This document shows, one piece after another, positions 23,040 to 33,154 of a DNA stretch of 42,578 bases. The notes beneath the pieces are model-generated. The model worked only from the letters and a program-made list of their open reading frames with translations. It was not told the DNA's origin and did no database searches. The DNA comes from a virus (taxonomy: Duplodnaviria > Caudoviricetes): IMG/VR virus record IMGVR_UViG_3300032226_000526, positions 1-42,578 of that record, one strand, 5' to 3'. The stretch's first letter is position 1. Each line of letters begins with the position of its first letter. Position numbers and translations under genes: made by a program.

Positions 23040-25964
23040 TTACTTAGGTATGGAATAGTAGCGGTCTCCAATTTTTACCACCTTGGAGCCGCGCTCTTTT
23101 TCAGACGCCTCGGCCTTATCAAATGTCTCGTGTGCCTTACCCTTGAGCATTACATAACTATCTCTTGGTAAATCTTTTAGCGTGCGCTCATCATCTGATG
23201 TCGGCGCAACGGATCCCCAGTGACCCAAATCTTCTCCGGTACCAGTTGGGCCCATACCGTACGCCATAGCAGTTTTATAATCGTAGTCTGAGCTTTCAGG
23301 ATTAAACTCAGCGCGGCCACCGTTTGCTTTTCCTTCAACAACCTTCTTAACAGGCGTTGGGTAGAACAGTAGACCAACGTCGTCATTGGCGTAGCCCTTA
23401 TAGCCTGCCTGTTTAATTAAACGCTCTAGCTCGTTGAGTTGTTGTTTCTCATCAACCTGTTGAATGCCTTGACTCATTAGATATGGGTCAAGGCTTTTTT
23501 GTTTAGCGATTGCAGACAATCCTAGTGGATCCTCATGCAGCGGATAAATATTTTCTGCTGTTCCCTGGTACTTGTGTGGGCCCAGTCCTTGCTCTGGTTT
23601 AACGCCAGGCTTGTCTACATAAAAGTAAGAGCGTGGCTTGATATCTGGTGCGTCTGTCAGACGTGATGCCTCCGCGCCCTTGATGCCTTTACCATACATG
23701 CGTGGGTCTAGTTGGCTAATTGATGGTGCGTTGGAGAAGTGTACAAACGGTAGTGACTTAGCGTGCTCTAACATTTTACCAATTTTACCACCACCAGCAA
23801 AACCTTGGTAGTTAATATCAATCTGCTCTGGTGGCAGGATCAATGGCTTCTGTGGTGCGTACTTAAACTGCTGACCTAACTTAACAAGCTGATCGTTAAT
23901 AATAGATGGGTCACCACCAGATTTTATTAATTGCTCACGTTGAGTTTTTAGTTGGTTCATTGCATTGATTAACTCTTCGTTCATGCCAGAGTAGCTCACT
24001 AAAGAGTTTTGGCCTCGCGTCTCAGTCGCCGCCGCTAAGCGCGCCAGTGGCGAGTACATCTGTGAGTGTGCGCCGTAGGCTAGCTCTTCACCTTTGGGGC
24101 CAAACGACGCGCCAGTGGTGCCGTGACCAAAGTAATCATGCACGGCCCTGAACTGTTCGTTTGCCTCTTTGCCAAGTGCTGGGTGTGGTTCACCACCCTG
24201 GAACACTGTTAGCTGTTTATTTTGTAGTGCATCCTCAAGCATCTCCTTAGAGCTCTTGTATGCCTTCTCACCGGTTGGGTCAAACGATAACTTAACGCCT
24301 GATCCTTGGAGTGCCTGGAACTGACCGCCTGTCTCCTTGGCCATCTGCTGGTAGGCTGCCTGGGTTAGCTCGTCATAGTTAGTGGCACCAGATTTTCTGA
24401 CAAGGTCTGGGTTCATCTGCAGGTACTGCTTAAAGATTTGCTGTTTTACCTTTGGGTCAACGTTTTCAGATGATAGCATCTCAAACGCTCTAGCCACCGG
24501 TGTCTGTTTTTGTGCCGATGATACCGGCATTTTTTTAATTGCGTCTAGGTTAAATTTAGGCGCAATCTTTTTTGCCAGTTCAACCGCGGCGTTTACCTTA
24601 CCACCACCAGCATATTTTTTACCAGGAAAATCTGTAAGATTTAAGCGCGGGTCATTCCAGTCTGTTATCTCTAAGTCTTTACGTGGCGCTAAAATCAGCG
24701 GGCCGCTCTGTAATTTTTCTTCTGCCTTAAATACTGGTAGTCCGGTGCTTTTATCATAGAACTGGGAGTGCTTGCGTGGGTCCATGCCAATCTGTGTATA
24801 GCGAGGATCTTTTAACATTTCGGCCATCATGCGACGAACCTCGTCGTCTGGCGTGCCTTGATGAATGCCTTTAATTTGAGCCTTTGGAGTTTTGTCTGTT
24901 CCCATTTTAGCGCCCATTGGTGTAAGTGCCTGTGGTTTGGTGCCAAGGCCTACACGCACAAACGTATCTGGTGATGAATAAAACTCAACATCTTTAAGGT
25001 GTCCGGTTCTGCCGTAACTAATTGGCTTACCAGTGGCAGCATCGTGTGTTGTGTCAACGTACACACCTTGCCGGGTATACGCTGGAATATCTAAACGATT
25101 ACCAACGCGCATACCCACCGGCACCGGGGCCAGTGCCTTAGGTTGTTTGTCTGATGATAATGCGTTTCTGATCTCGTCATCGGTATAGTTTGGTGGTAGC
25201 TCTTTCCACTGACGAATTGGCAAAAATTGATTTGCAATGCGAATACGCTCTTCTTGACTGATGTTGCCCTTGAGGTACTCTTCTAGTGCCTGAGCTACTT
25301 TGGGATCTTGACCGTGTGGGTGTCTGGCTAGCGCTTTACCAAGCTGAGCCAAGGTACCAACCTTACCACCGGGCGCGTAGCCAACGGGGCCACCCTTGGC
25401 CTTCATAAAGTCTGGTGACTCAGCGTCTTCTGGGTTGAACTTGGCAAACTTGCCACGGATGTTTTTTGGTTCAAAGACACCGACGTTAGGTATACCACCT
25501 TCCATCACATGGAAAGTATCGTAACCTGAGCCTCGTAAGTATTCCAAAAAATTGGGGTCTTCAATGTATCTCCATTTACCCCCCAACAATCCTTTTTTAA
25601 TATCTTTTGGTTCATACCAATCACTACCCTGAAACCCTTTTGCCATATATTCTTCAACAATCTGTTTACCTTCGGGAGTATGGGGGTCCCATTGCTTACC
25701 TAAGTTTACATTAACTGGGTACATAGTAGCACCAGTTTTATACTCAGGCTTTGTCATTTTCATAGGTAAAAATGATTCAGCAAAATCTGGATCGCGTGTA
25801 ACAAACGTGACGTCCGGGGTTTCTATTCTCCTGGGATCAGGATTTTTTGATGAATCAAATGCTTTAATCTTATTTGACGGGCTGCCGTGGTAAAAGCCGC
25901 CGGTGAATTTTTTCTTAAACGCCTCGACGGCTGCCTTCATTTGTGCAGGTGTTAGCTTTGGCAT
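23040..25964 (-). CDS. large multidomain (polyvalent-like) virion protein with ADP-ribosyltransferase-like and zincin-like modules
   Basis: YHGS..F..TFVT..A...GYD..VFEPKNI (ART-PolyVal-like); FRAVHDYFGH; HFS..SYFY..GYKGY; modules separated by AxGG motifs. Confidence 0.75.
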   Translation of the reverse strand: MPKLTPAQMKAAVEAFKKKFTGGFYHGSPSNKIKAFDSSKNPDPRRIETPDVTFVTRDPDFAESFLPMKMTKPEYKTGATMYPVNVNLGKQWDPHTPEGKQIVEEYMAKGFQGSDWYEPKDIKKGLLGGKWRYIEDPNFLEYLRGSGYDTFHVMEGGIPNVGVFEPKNIRGKFAKFNPEDAESPDFMKAKGGPVGYAPGGKVGTLAQLGKALARHPHGQDPKVAQALEEYLKGNISQEERIRIANQFLPIRQWKELPPNYTDDEIRNALSSDKQPKALAPVPVGMRVGNRLDIPAYTRQGVYVDTTHDAATGKPISYGRTGHLKDVEFYSSPDTFVRVGLGTKPQALTPMGAKMGTDKTPKAQIKGIHQGTPDDEVRRMMAEMLKDPRYTQIGMDPRKHSQFYDKSTGLPVFKAEEKLQSGPLILAPRKDLEITDWNDPRLNLTDFPGKKYAGGGKVNAAVELAKKIAPKFNLDAIKKMPVSSAQKQTPVARAFEMLSSENVDPKVKQQIFKQYLQMNPDLVRKSGATNYDELTQAAYQQMAKETGGQFQALQGSGVKLSFDPTGEKAYKSSKEMLEDALQNKQLTVFQGGEPHPALGKEANEQFRAVHDYFGHGTTGASFGPKGEELAYGAHSQMYSPLARLAAATETRGQNSLVSYSGMNEELINAMNQLKTQREQLIKSGGDPSIINDQLVKLGQQFKYAPQKPLILPPEQIDINYQGFAGGGKIGKMLEHAKSLPFVHFSNAPSISQLDPRMYGKGIKGAEASRLTDAPDIKPRSYFYVDKPGVKPEQGLGPHKYQGTAENIYPLHEDPLGLSAIAKQKSLDPYLMSQGIQQVDEKQQLNELERLIKQAGYKGYANDDVGLLFYPTPVKKVVEGKANGGRAEFNPESSDYDYKTAMAYGMGPTGTGEDLGHWGSVAPTSDDERTLKDLPRDSYVMLKGKAHETFDKAEASEKERGSKVVKIGDRYYSIPK

Positions 25965-28262
25965 TTAGCACTTCCACTTACGCAGAGCTTTATTGATACG
26001 TGAGTCTGGATCGTTTGCTGTCTTGCTAGACGTTAGCTTTTTCTTCATCCCACCCATCCTGGCGCAGAATGACTTTTTACGTGAGCCACCCTCTGGCTGT
26101 GGTGCCTTTAGCTCACCGCCAGTCTCGCGCTTGTACGACGCGCGCCCCAGTGCGTTCAAGCCACCCGATGGGCTCTTGCCCTCAGAGCGCTGCCATGCCG
26201 GCGTTGTAGAACCGCCTTCTTTTTTGCCTGCGCGTTCTTTACCCATCAAAATTAAATCTCTTGCGTTTTCTGGTGATATACCTAAGCGTTTAGCAGCCTC
26301 AGCTATTTGAATTGCTTGAAGCTCTAGTTTACCGGCACCAATGGCCGTCTTAACTCCGGTCTGTGGTGAACCAGCTCCCCACATAATAGCTTGCGCAGGA
26401 ACAGACTCTAGGTCCATAGCACCAGCAACATCTTTTTTCCACCAGGGAGCTAACTGCTGCAGCTCGGGTGTGGACACACTGGCAGAAACTTCTTTGCTTG
26501 TGCGAACATCCGGTAAACCAATCATGCGGCTCCAGTGCGCATCACCAACCGGTAGATCTGTTTGAAAACCAAGCTCGGGAACACTGCTAGCCTGAATGTA
26601 TGGTGGCGCCTTAGGACTAATCATGCCGTGCTCACCGGTTTCCATAAACTTTCGTTGTGACTCCGACGCACGTTGATGTCCAACACGACCAGGTATGCCA
26701 ATCATATCAGCAGGTATACCTTCAATTAAAGGTTTGTCACGTAATCCACCATACTTAATCCAATCAGGCATTCTTCCCTGCTCGGCCAGCCAGTTAGCAG
26801 CCGAGGCTCGGTTAAACTCAACAGGCACTGGTAGGTTAGGCGACTCAATACCTCCAAACGTATTCAATCTATGATACATCTGCTTGGCCTTTTCTTCACC
26901 CATTAGTTCAACCATACGGTGGTACTTAGGGTCCATGGTGTACCAGGCGTGCATACCTTTGTAAAGCTCAGGCGCGTTTGTTTTTACTTCACCAAGGACA
27001 TCAATCAATCGTTGTGTATTGCGCGGGTTCATCACTGCTTCTGCGGCAGCGGAGCCCTTAGGATTTTTTGACGCACCGGGTATAAAACCGGGCACATTAC
27101 CTTGACGCTGAGACATCTCAAACAAATCATCCCGAGTAACACCAAATAAACGCTTAAGCATTGGATCTTCCGAGGCAACGCGTGCTGCGGCCTCCTGAGC
27201 GATAATATCAGGACGCTTATAAATGCCGGGGAACTCATTACGGAGTGGGTTTGTCACTGTCTGTGCGTTTACTGGTGCCATATTACCAAAGCTCATGCCA
27301 GGTGACATTTTAGCTGCAACTGACTTAGCCAAGGTTTTGGCTCTACCTAATTTACCACCTCCCTCAGCTAAATGGACCAGTCCCCCTTTTTTCATAGGGA
27401 CGGGCATTTGTTGTTCTTGTTGCTGTGGCTGTGCCGCGGCGGGTTGTTGTGACTTGCGTTTTAGGTAGTCAAGGTATTGGTTTAAACCTTCGGCGCCGGC
27501 GCTAATTGCCGCGCCACCGTACCGAGCGGCGGGGTGTGGGAAAAATGACGCACCAGCACCGAGCGTGCCAATTGCACTTAGCCCGCTACCAACAACGTCA
27601 CCTTGTTTCAGACGGTTGTATGTGTCAGCGCCCTGGTATCCAGCGGCACCACCAGCCAATGCACGGCCAAGCCATGGCACGACGCCAGACTGTGCGGCGC
27701 CACCTAAGAATGTGCCGGCTGTTTTAACCGGGCCGTAGATAGCCTTATCTATTAATCGAGACATAGCAGACGCCGGGGGTGCAGGAGGGGGTGCGGGAGG
27801 TGCGGGAGGTTGTGCGCGGGTAAAGCCGGGATATTTTTTATGTAGATCGGCCTCTCTACGAACGCGTTTAGCGGCCTCGTTTTGAGCCTGGCCATAGTTT
27901 TCCCAGTTCTGAACGCTTTGCTCAATGGTAACGCCGCGTGGGTTAAATGGCGTGCCAGATGGTGTGGCTACCTTAGCGGCTGGGGCCGTAGTTGTTGGGG
28001 CCTTGTTAGATTGAACGGCCTCAACGCCTTTGTTTACTAATGGGCCAACTACCTCACCAGCAATTGCACCACCAATCGTTGGGTTTAACACGTTAATAAG
28101 GTCTGCGTCGCTAACCTGTGATACCGAGGTCTTACCCCCCGGAACACCTTGTTGGGATTCCAATGTACGAATGTAGTCAGCAATTTGTTGTGCGTCTTCT
28201 TTGTTGCCGGCCGCATCGGCCTGCATCAACGCATCATAGGCTCGCTCTAACTCTTTATCCAT
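25965..28262 (-). CDS. multidomain virion protein; central HhH-GPD glycosylase-like module and C-terminal DUF6321-like module
   Basis: AWY..ESP..PK..GDAHWSR..QAIMW; terminal AWQRSEGKSPSGGLNA..SFCARMGGMKKKLTS..SRINKALRKWKC. Confidence 0.65.
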   Translation of the reverse strand: MDKELERAYDALMQADAAGNKEDAQQIADYIRTLESQQGVPGGKTSVSQVSDADLINVLNPTIGGAIAGEVVGPLVNKGVEAVQSNKAPTTTAPAAKVATPSGTPFNPRGVTIEQSVQNWENYGQAQNEAAKRVRREADLHKKYPGFTRAQPPAPPAPPPAPPASAMSRLIDKAIYGPVKTAGTFLGGAAQSGVVPWLGRALAGGAAGYQGADTYNRLKQGDVVGSGLSAIGTLGAGASFFPHPAARYGGAAISAGAEGLNQYLDYLKRKSQQPAAAQPQQQEQQMPVPMKKGGLVHLAEGGGKLGRAKTLAKSVAAKMSPGMSFGNMAPVNAQTVTNPLRNEFPGIYKRPDIIAQEAAARVASEDPMLKRLFGVTRDDLFEMSQRQGNVPGFIPGASKNPKGSAAAEAVMNPRNTQRLIDVLGEVKTNAPELYKGMHAWYTMDPKYHRMVELMGEEKAKQMYHRLNTFGGIESPNLPVPVEFNRASAANWLAEQGRMPDWIKYGGLRDKPLIEGIPADMIGIPGRVGHQRASESQRKFMETGEHGMISPKAPPYIQASSVPELGFQTDLPVGDAHWSRMIGLPDVRTSKEVSASVSTPELQQLAPWWKKDVAGAMDLESVPAQAIMWGAGSPQTGVKTAIGAGKLELQAIQIAEAAKRLGISPENARDLILMGKERAGKKEGGSTTPAWQRSEGKSPSGGLNALGRASYKRETGGELKAPQPEGGSRKKSFCARMGGMKKKLTSSKTANDPDSRINKALRKWKC

Positions 28263-30130
28263 TATGGGGTTGTCCTAGGAGGATATTTATTTAACAATGA
28301 AGCGCCGGGGTGTTTAGGAGCTGCTGAGGCACCCTTTATCTGAACTTCGGAATCTAAAATTCCGCGTAGTTCTTTTTCGTATGCCGCGACTTTATTTTCG
28401 TATTCTTTCGATGTCCTAAACGCGTCAAAGTCTAATGGCTCGCCGGGTTTTTTAGTGCGGCGATACATTTGACCTAACTCGTTATCTAGGTTTGCCCTGG
28501 CAACTAACATACGCTGGCGTTTAATTAATAGCTCGGGGGTATCTGCCAACGATCCGGCGATACGCTCAAACATTGAACGCTCAAAGTCAGAGACGGAGCC
28601 CTGGCCCTGTGATAGCTTAGATGCCTCGAGTGCGCCCTTTGCCAAGTTCTGTGCAATCTCACGACGGGCGTTAATCGCCTTTTGATTTGTGCCGGGCATG
28701 GTTAACAACAACGCATCTTCAATTGTCTTAATACCAATCGCGCCGGATGGTGTGTTTAATCCGTCACGTAAAATTGTCAATATTGCATTAGTAACCCCAG
28801 GTTTAGCAATGATACCTGCCGCCGTTGGATTATCTAATACAAGTTTTTCTACACGCTCTGCAGATGTCTTGCGCTCAGAGACAGAAGCCGGCTCTGTAAC
28901 CGTCTCAAATGAGAGCTGTGCCTTTTGAACGTTCTCTGCCGCGCCTTTAGCTTGTTGTTCACGAAAGGTAGTTCTTATTTTACTCTCAGTTTCTAATTGC
29001 TCTGGCGTAGGTCTTGGACCCTTTGCCGCCGTCGTGGTGGGCGTTACAGCCGCCGGTGCGGCCGGTGCCTTCTGACCAGACTCAAACTCGGTGATTGCCT
29101 CGTTTACACGCTTACGTGCCTCTTCTGTGTTTGGAATTGGCGCGGTTGGCTCGATGCCTAGCTTACCGGCGATAAACTTGGCGTAGTTGGCGGTAGACTC
29201 TGGGCTATTACCCGGAGCAGTTGCCGGCGACCAAGTCTCGGCTAACATGGCCGGGGTGATAATGTTGACGTCACCAAAGCGCTGCTTAACCGCCGGGCTT
29301 TGACCACTTAGCTTTACCTTAGTGTCTTCGTCGAGCGCTTTTTGTCCGGCCTCTAATGTGTTAAACTTTAAGAACTCGCCGGTCTTAGGATCTTTTAAAT
29401 TACCTGGGTTGTTGTTGCGCATGCTTACCGGCTGGCCAGATTTATCTGCTGGCGCGCTCTTTAATGCTTGCTGAGTCTCGGGAGCATCTTTGTATAGGTT
29501 TGGATTGGCACGATACTCACGCACTGAAATAACTTTGCGGGTAAATGAGCCATCTGGATTTTCAACAACAACTGGCACCTTGGGAACATCCATCTCAGGG
29601 TTGGCGGATACCTCTGCCTGTTTTTGTGCCCAGGTGTTATATATTTTATCGTACTCTTCTTGCGTTCTGGCGTTTAATAACGCGCGTTTAATCTCAGGTG
29701 GTATTTGAACTCCACCGGCCGCTGGAGCTGCGCCAGCACCACCCTCACCACCACCAAGTTCCATGGCTCGACGTTTTTCAAATGCTTGTTGTTGTGATTG
29801 TGCGGCCTTGTATGCGGCCATCTGTGCGCGCATGTCAAACAGTTCTTTGGCCTCTCGGGCTTTTTGTTCGTCGCGAGCGGCAAGGCCCCTCGTTGGCCCT
29901 TCAAGGCCGCCGGACGCCCAAGCCGCGGCATCTTTTAATCCACCTGTAAATAGACTGAACGCGCTTTCGCGTTGGTCAATCATGCGCTGCATGTTTTCTA
30001 AAATGCCTTGTGTCTCGGTGGAGTCAAGGGATAGCATCCCCTTAGGCGTTATACCAGTTTTACTCGTCGGTGCAGTTACCGGAATAGAACTAAGACCGGT
30101 GATGTTGTTTTCTGTTGTCTCGTTTGCCAT
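28262..30130 (-). CDS. internal virion/ejection protein with lysozyme-like domain
   Basis: MRNNNPGNLK..F.TLEAG..AL..WSP..GN..NYAKFIAGKLG motif; helical Ala/Gln/Glu-rich remainder. Confidence 0.65.
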   Translation of the reverse strand: MANETTENNITGLSSIPVTAPTSKTGITPKGMLSLDSTETQGILENMQRMIDQRESAFSLFTGGLKDAAAWASGGLEGPTRGLAARDEQKAREAKELFDMRAQMAAYKAAQSQQQAFEKRRAMELGGGEGGAGAAPAAGGVQIPPEIKRALLNARTQEEYDKIYNTWAQKQAEVSANPEMDVPKVPVVVENPDGSFTRKVISVREYRANPNLYKDAPETQQALKSAPADKSGQPVSMRNNNPGNLKDPKTGEFLKFNTLEAGQKALDEDTKVKLSGQSPAVKQRFGDVNIITPAMLAETWSPATAPGNSPESTANYAKFIAGKLGIEPTAPIPNTEEARKRVNEAITEFESGQKAPAAPAAVTPTTTAAKGPRPTPEQLETESKIRTTFREQQAKGAAENVQKAQLSFETVTEPASVSERKTSAERVEKLVLDNPTAAGIIAKPGVTNAILTILRDGLNTPSGAIGIKTIEDALLLTMPGTNQKAINARREIAQNLAKGALEASKLSQGQGSVSDFERSMFERIAGSLADTPELLIKRQRMLVARANLDNELGQMYRRTKKPGEPLDFDAFRTSKEYENKVAAYEKELRGILDSEVQIKGASAAPKHPGASLLNKYPPRTTP

Positions 30131-30138
30131 AATTATCT

Positions 30139-31257
30139 TTAGAATTGATTATCTAAACCAAAACTACTATCACCGTTCTCAAGACCTTCACCACCGCCAA
30201 AATTAAGACCTCCTCCTCCGGTATCAATATCAAGACCACCGCCGCCAGTATCAAGACCGCCACCGCCTGAATCTTCATCGGTGTTACCACCAGTTGGTGC
30301 ATTACCAGAATCAATCAAATTACCATCTTTATCAAATCTTTCATAAGACCCATCTGCATTAGTTACTAAACGATTTCCAGTTGCGTCAATTACTAATTTA
30401 CCACCACCACCAGCTAAATCATAGGTACCAGCACCTAAGCCAGCACCTAAGCCAGAACCCGCATAACTGCTGCCGGTAATTCCTTTAAATAATTCAGGTA
30501 TACCACCCTTAATGCCAAGGTCTGATAATAGTTTATTTGTGCCGGCAACTGACCCACCCACTGCACTAGCAATCGCAGCAATTTGCTGAAGCGGCGATAG
30601 CTGGGTAGTGTTTTTCTGTGTGGTGCCTACCTGCATTGAGCCAATAATTTTAGCTAGTGCCGATGATGCAAGCAACGGATCGGCCTGTTGTGTTTGCCCC
30701 AATGTCGTAGCTGTATTAATTCCTTTTTCAGCGACACTGCCAAGATTTGTGGCGGCATTTACACCAGTCTGTTGGTTTTGTAGTGCGGCTTGCATTTGAT
30801 CTGCAAACAATTTAGACTGTGCATCAGTTAGTGCCTTGTTTGCGGCTGTCTGTGTGCGCAGACTTCCAAACTGTCCAGATGCCGTCCCGGCCGCTGTAGG
30901 GACCGCCATAAGGTCTGGGGCTAACTGATTTAACTGTTGGTTTTGTGCTTGAAATAAACCACCAAGGGCGGTGGATGTGTTGGGGGTAACCTGGCCGGTT
31001 GTTGCGTCAGTAATCCAAGGATTAGCCGCGCCGGTACCGATTTGATTAAGTGTGCCTTGTGCTTGCGTAAAAGGATTAGTACCAGTGCCATCTAGTTGCG
31101 ATATGGCACTTCCGGCAACTGTGTTAGCGAGTGCTGGAACTTTAGCCCCAGCAGTGGTTGCGCCGCTCACTAAATCTTGTTGTGCCTTATCATACCACGA
31201 AGGCATCGTGGTTGATTGGGTCGCTTGGTTTGTGGTAAAATTACTGAATCCGGCCAT
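30139..31257 (-). CDS. putative DNA ejection/pilot protein
   Basis: Gln/Ala/Gly/Thr-rich, T..MPSW N-terminus, GQFGSLR, Gly-rich tail; position after tail genes. Confidence 0.55.
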   Translation of the reverse strand: MAGFSNFTTNQATQSTTMPSWYDKAQQDLVSGATTAGAKVPALANTVAGSAISQLDGTGTNPFTQAQGTLNQIGTGAANPWITDATTGQVTPNTSTALGGLFQAQNQQLNQLAPDLMAVPTAAGTASGQFGSLRTQTAANKALTDAQSKLFADQMQAALQNQQTGVNAATNLGSVAEKGINTATTLGQTQQADPLLASSALAKIIGSMQVGTTQKNTTQLSPLQQIAAIASAVGGSVAGTNKLLSDLGIKGGIPELFKGITGSSYAGSGLGAGLGAGTYDLAGGGGKLVIDATGNRLVTNADGSYERFDKDGNLIDSGNAPTGGNTDEDSGGGGLDTGGGGLDIDTGGGGLNFGGGEGLENGDSSFGLDNQF

Positions 31258-31258
31258 A

Positions 31259-33154
31259 TTATTTCTTCGCTTTTTTGTTTGCTTCTAACAAATAACCTAA
31301 CGCCCCTTTGCTATCTGGTGGTAGCTTTTTGGGGTCCGCTTTGCGCTTGTGGTCACGAATTGCACTTAAGAACTCATCTAATATTTTAGCGCCACTGTCG
31401 TTACTTCCATTACCTAAAGAGGATACTACATCAGCTGGAATTACAAATTCTCCATTTGCCAGCATTGCTGGAATGCTATCGCTTGTGCCGTCACCGTTTC
31501 CTTTGACGTAGCGATTACCGATTGAGTTTAATCCACCCTCACTGTAAAACTCTGGCTCATGGCCTGGAACATTGCCACCCTCAGCTAATTTAAATATTTT
31601 ACCGTACGGGTACCCTGGCAAAGTAAAGTCAATTTTTGCTTTTGTTAGGCTAGGAACCAGCTTCATAATTTTGTTGTTTGAGCCAGTAAACTGTGACGGT
31701 GTGTCGCCGGCTATGTCATACACGCCCGGCTGGTCTTGTGTAGAAGTAGACCCACCCGTAGCAAACAAACCAACGTTTTCGTCAGGCTGTCCCTGAGACA
31801 CTTCACCAAAGATACTAAACTCAGGGTTACCACTTGCAATTCCAGGTGTCAATGACGAGCCTAAATAATTAACGCCGGTCGTTGTGGCGTCTAAACCTGC
31901 GGGGGTAGTTGTTGTGCTCTTTGGACTTCTTGTCCCCCGTATTGCCTTACTATATTTTGCCGCCTTAGATAACGCGCCCTTTATTGAGGGGAAGTTAAAC
32001 TTAAAGCCAGTTGGTGATGTTTCGTCTGGAGTTTCTTCGTAAGTGTCTGGATAAAAATCTTCATCTGTTGACTCTGTAAAATCAACAACGTCGCCATTTG
32101 CGTCGGTTGTTATAGTAGAGCCGTCGTCAAATGTTGTAGTCTTTAATCCACCAGAGTCACCTGTTTGTGATGTGACACTGCTCATATCAAAATCTTCGCC
32201 GGTGCCAGTATTCATAACACCGCCGCTCATATCAGAATATGGATCTCTATATTCAGATAAAGCATCTAGCGGGGATTCTTCTTCTAGAGATGGTTCTTTG
32301 GCTAAGACATCTAGCGGTGACTCTTCTTCTACAGATTCGGTTAGTGTTGGGTCTGGCAGAGGTTCTAAATTTTCGGACCCGGGCGGTGCCGCCGTTACCA
32401 ATACGTTTGAATCTGTTGACGCCGTTGGCGCGTACGGTGACACGCCGGATTGATCTGCGTCCATTTGACCCTGCGCTATGGCATAGGCTTCCTCTGGAGA
32501 AAACCCAGAGTCTATAGCGTCTTTAAATATTTGTGATGTAGTTAACGGGTCTGTTGTTGGAGATGTAATGTTAGCTAGCTGTTCTTGCCCTTCAGCTAAA
32601 TTAAAATCTTCGCCGGTGCCGGCATTTGTAAAACCGCCACTCGTATTAAAATCTTTTACAGCATCTTTAGCAAATGATGTTGCACCAGATACAATTCCAG
32701 TGGCCAAGGCTTGGTTTATATCACCGGTTTGCGCGACTGTGGATATTGTTTTATTGAGGCCCTGGTCAATAATGTCGCTGCCTGTTGTTAGGCCTAATTC
32801 ATTAACTACACCCTGGGTGGCAAAGTTAATTGCAAAATTTGTCGCGAGATTTACAGGGTCGGCGCCTTGGGCTAGTTGCGAGGCGGTGTTAAGTATCAGA
32901 GCCGCCTCGGCTGTTGTGGCACCGGCCCACAGGTAAGGGGCCGCGTACGGCGCAGCTACGGCGACCGCAATTAAAGGTAGCGCCTTTACCGGGTCTTCTA
33001 TGATCGCTTCTACTGTTTTTCCTACGGACTTGGCAGTGTCTTCAACTACCTTACCTACGTCTTTAGCAACGTCAGCAATAACGTCACCAACGGCACCAAC
33101 CGCATCACCGACGGACTCAAAGGCGTCTGATACGGCTTCTACAACGGCTGCCAT
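31259..33154 (-). CDS. internal virion protein with acidic linker and C-terminal GxGTSDSIPAMLxNGEFV domain
   Basis: Hydrophobic segment LPLIAVAVAAPYAA; C-terminal FATGG, LAEGG, YSEGG then VKGNGDGTSDSIPAMLANGEFVIPADVV. Confidence 0.7.
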   Translation of the reverse strand: MAAVVEAVSDAFESVGDAVGAVGDVIADVAKDVGKVVEDTAKSVGKTVEAIIEDPVKALPLIAVAVAAPYAAPYLWAGATTAEAALILNTASQLAQGADPVNLATNFAINFATQGVVNELGLTTGSDIIDQGLNKTISTVAQTGDINQALATGIVSGATSFAKDAVKDFNTSGGFTNAGTGEDFNLAEGQEQLANITSPTTDPLTTSQIFKDAIDSGFSPEEAYAIAQGQMDADQSGVSPYAPTASTDSNVLVTAAPPGSENLEPLPDPTLTESVEEESPLDVLAKEPSLEEESPLDALSEYRDPYSDMSGGVMNTGTGEDFDMSSVTSQTGDSGGLKTTTFDDGSTITTDANGDVVDFTESTDEDFYPDTYEETPDETSPTGFKFNFPSIKGALSKAAKYSKAIRGTRSPKSTTTTPAGLDATTTGVNYLGSSLTPGIASGNPEFSIFGEVSQGQPDENVGLFATGGSTSTQDQPGVYDIAGDTPSQFTGSNNKIMKLVPSLTKAKIDFTLPGYPYGKIFKLAEGGNVPGHEPEFYSEGGLNSIGNRYVKGNGDGTSDSIPAMLANGEFVIPADVVSSLGNGSNDSGAKILDEFLSAIRDHKRKADPKKLPPDSKGALGYLLEANKKAKK

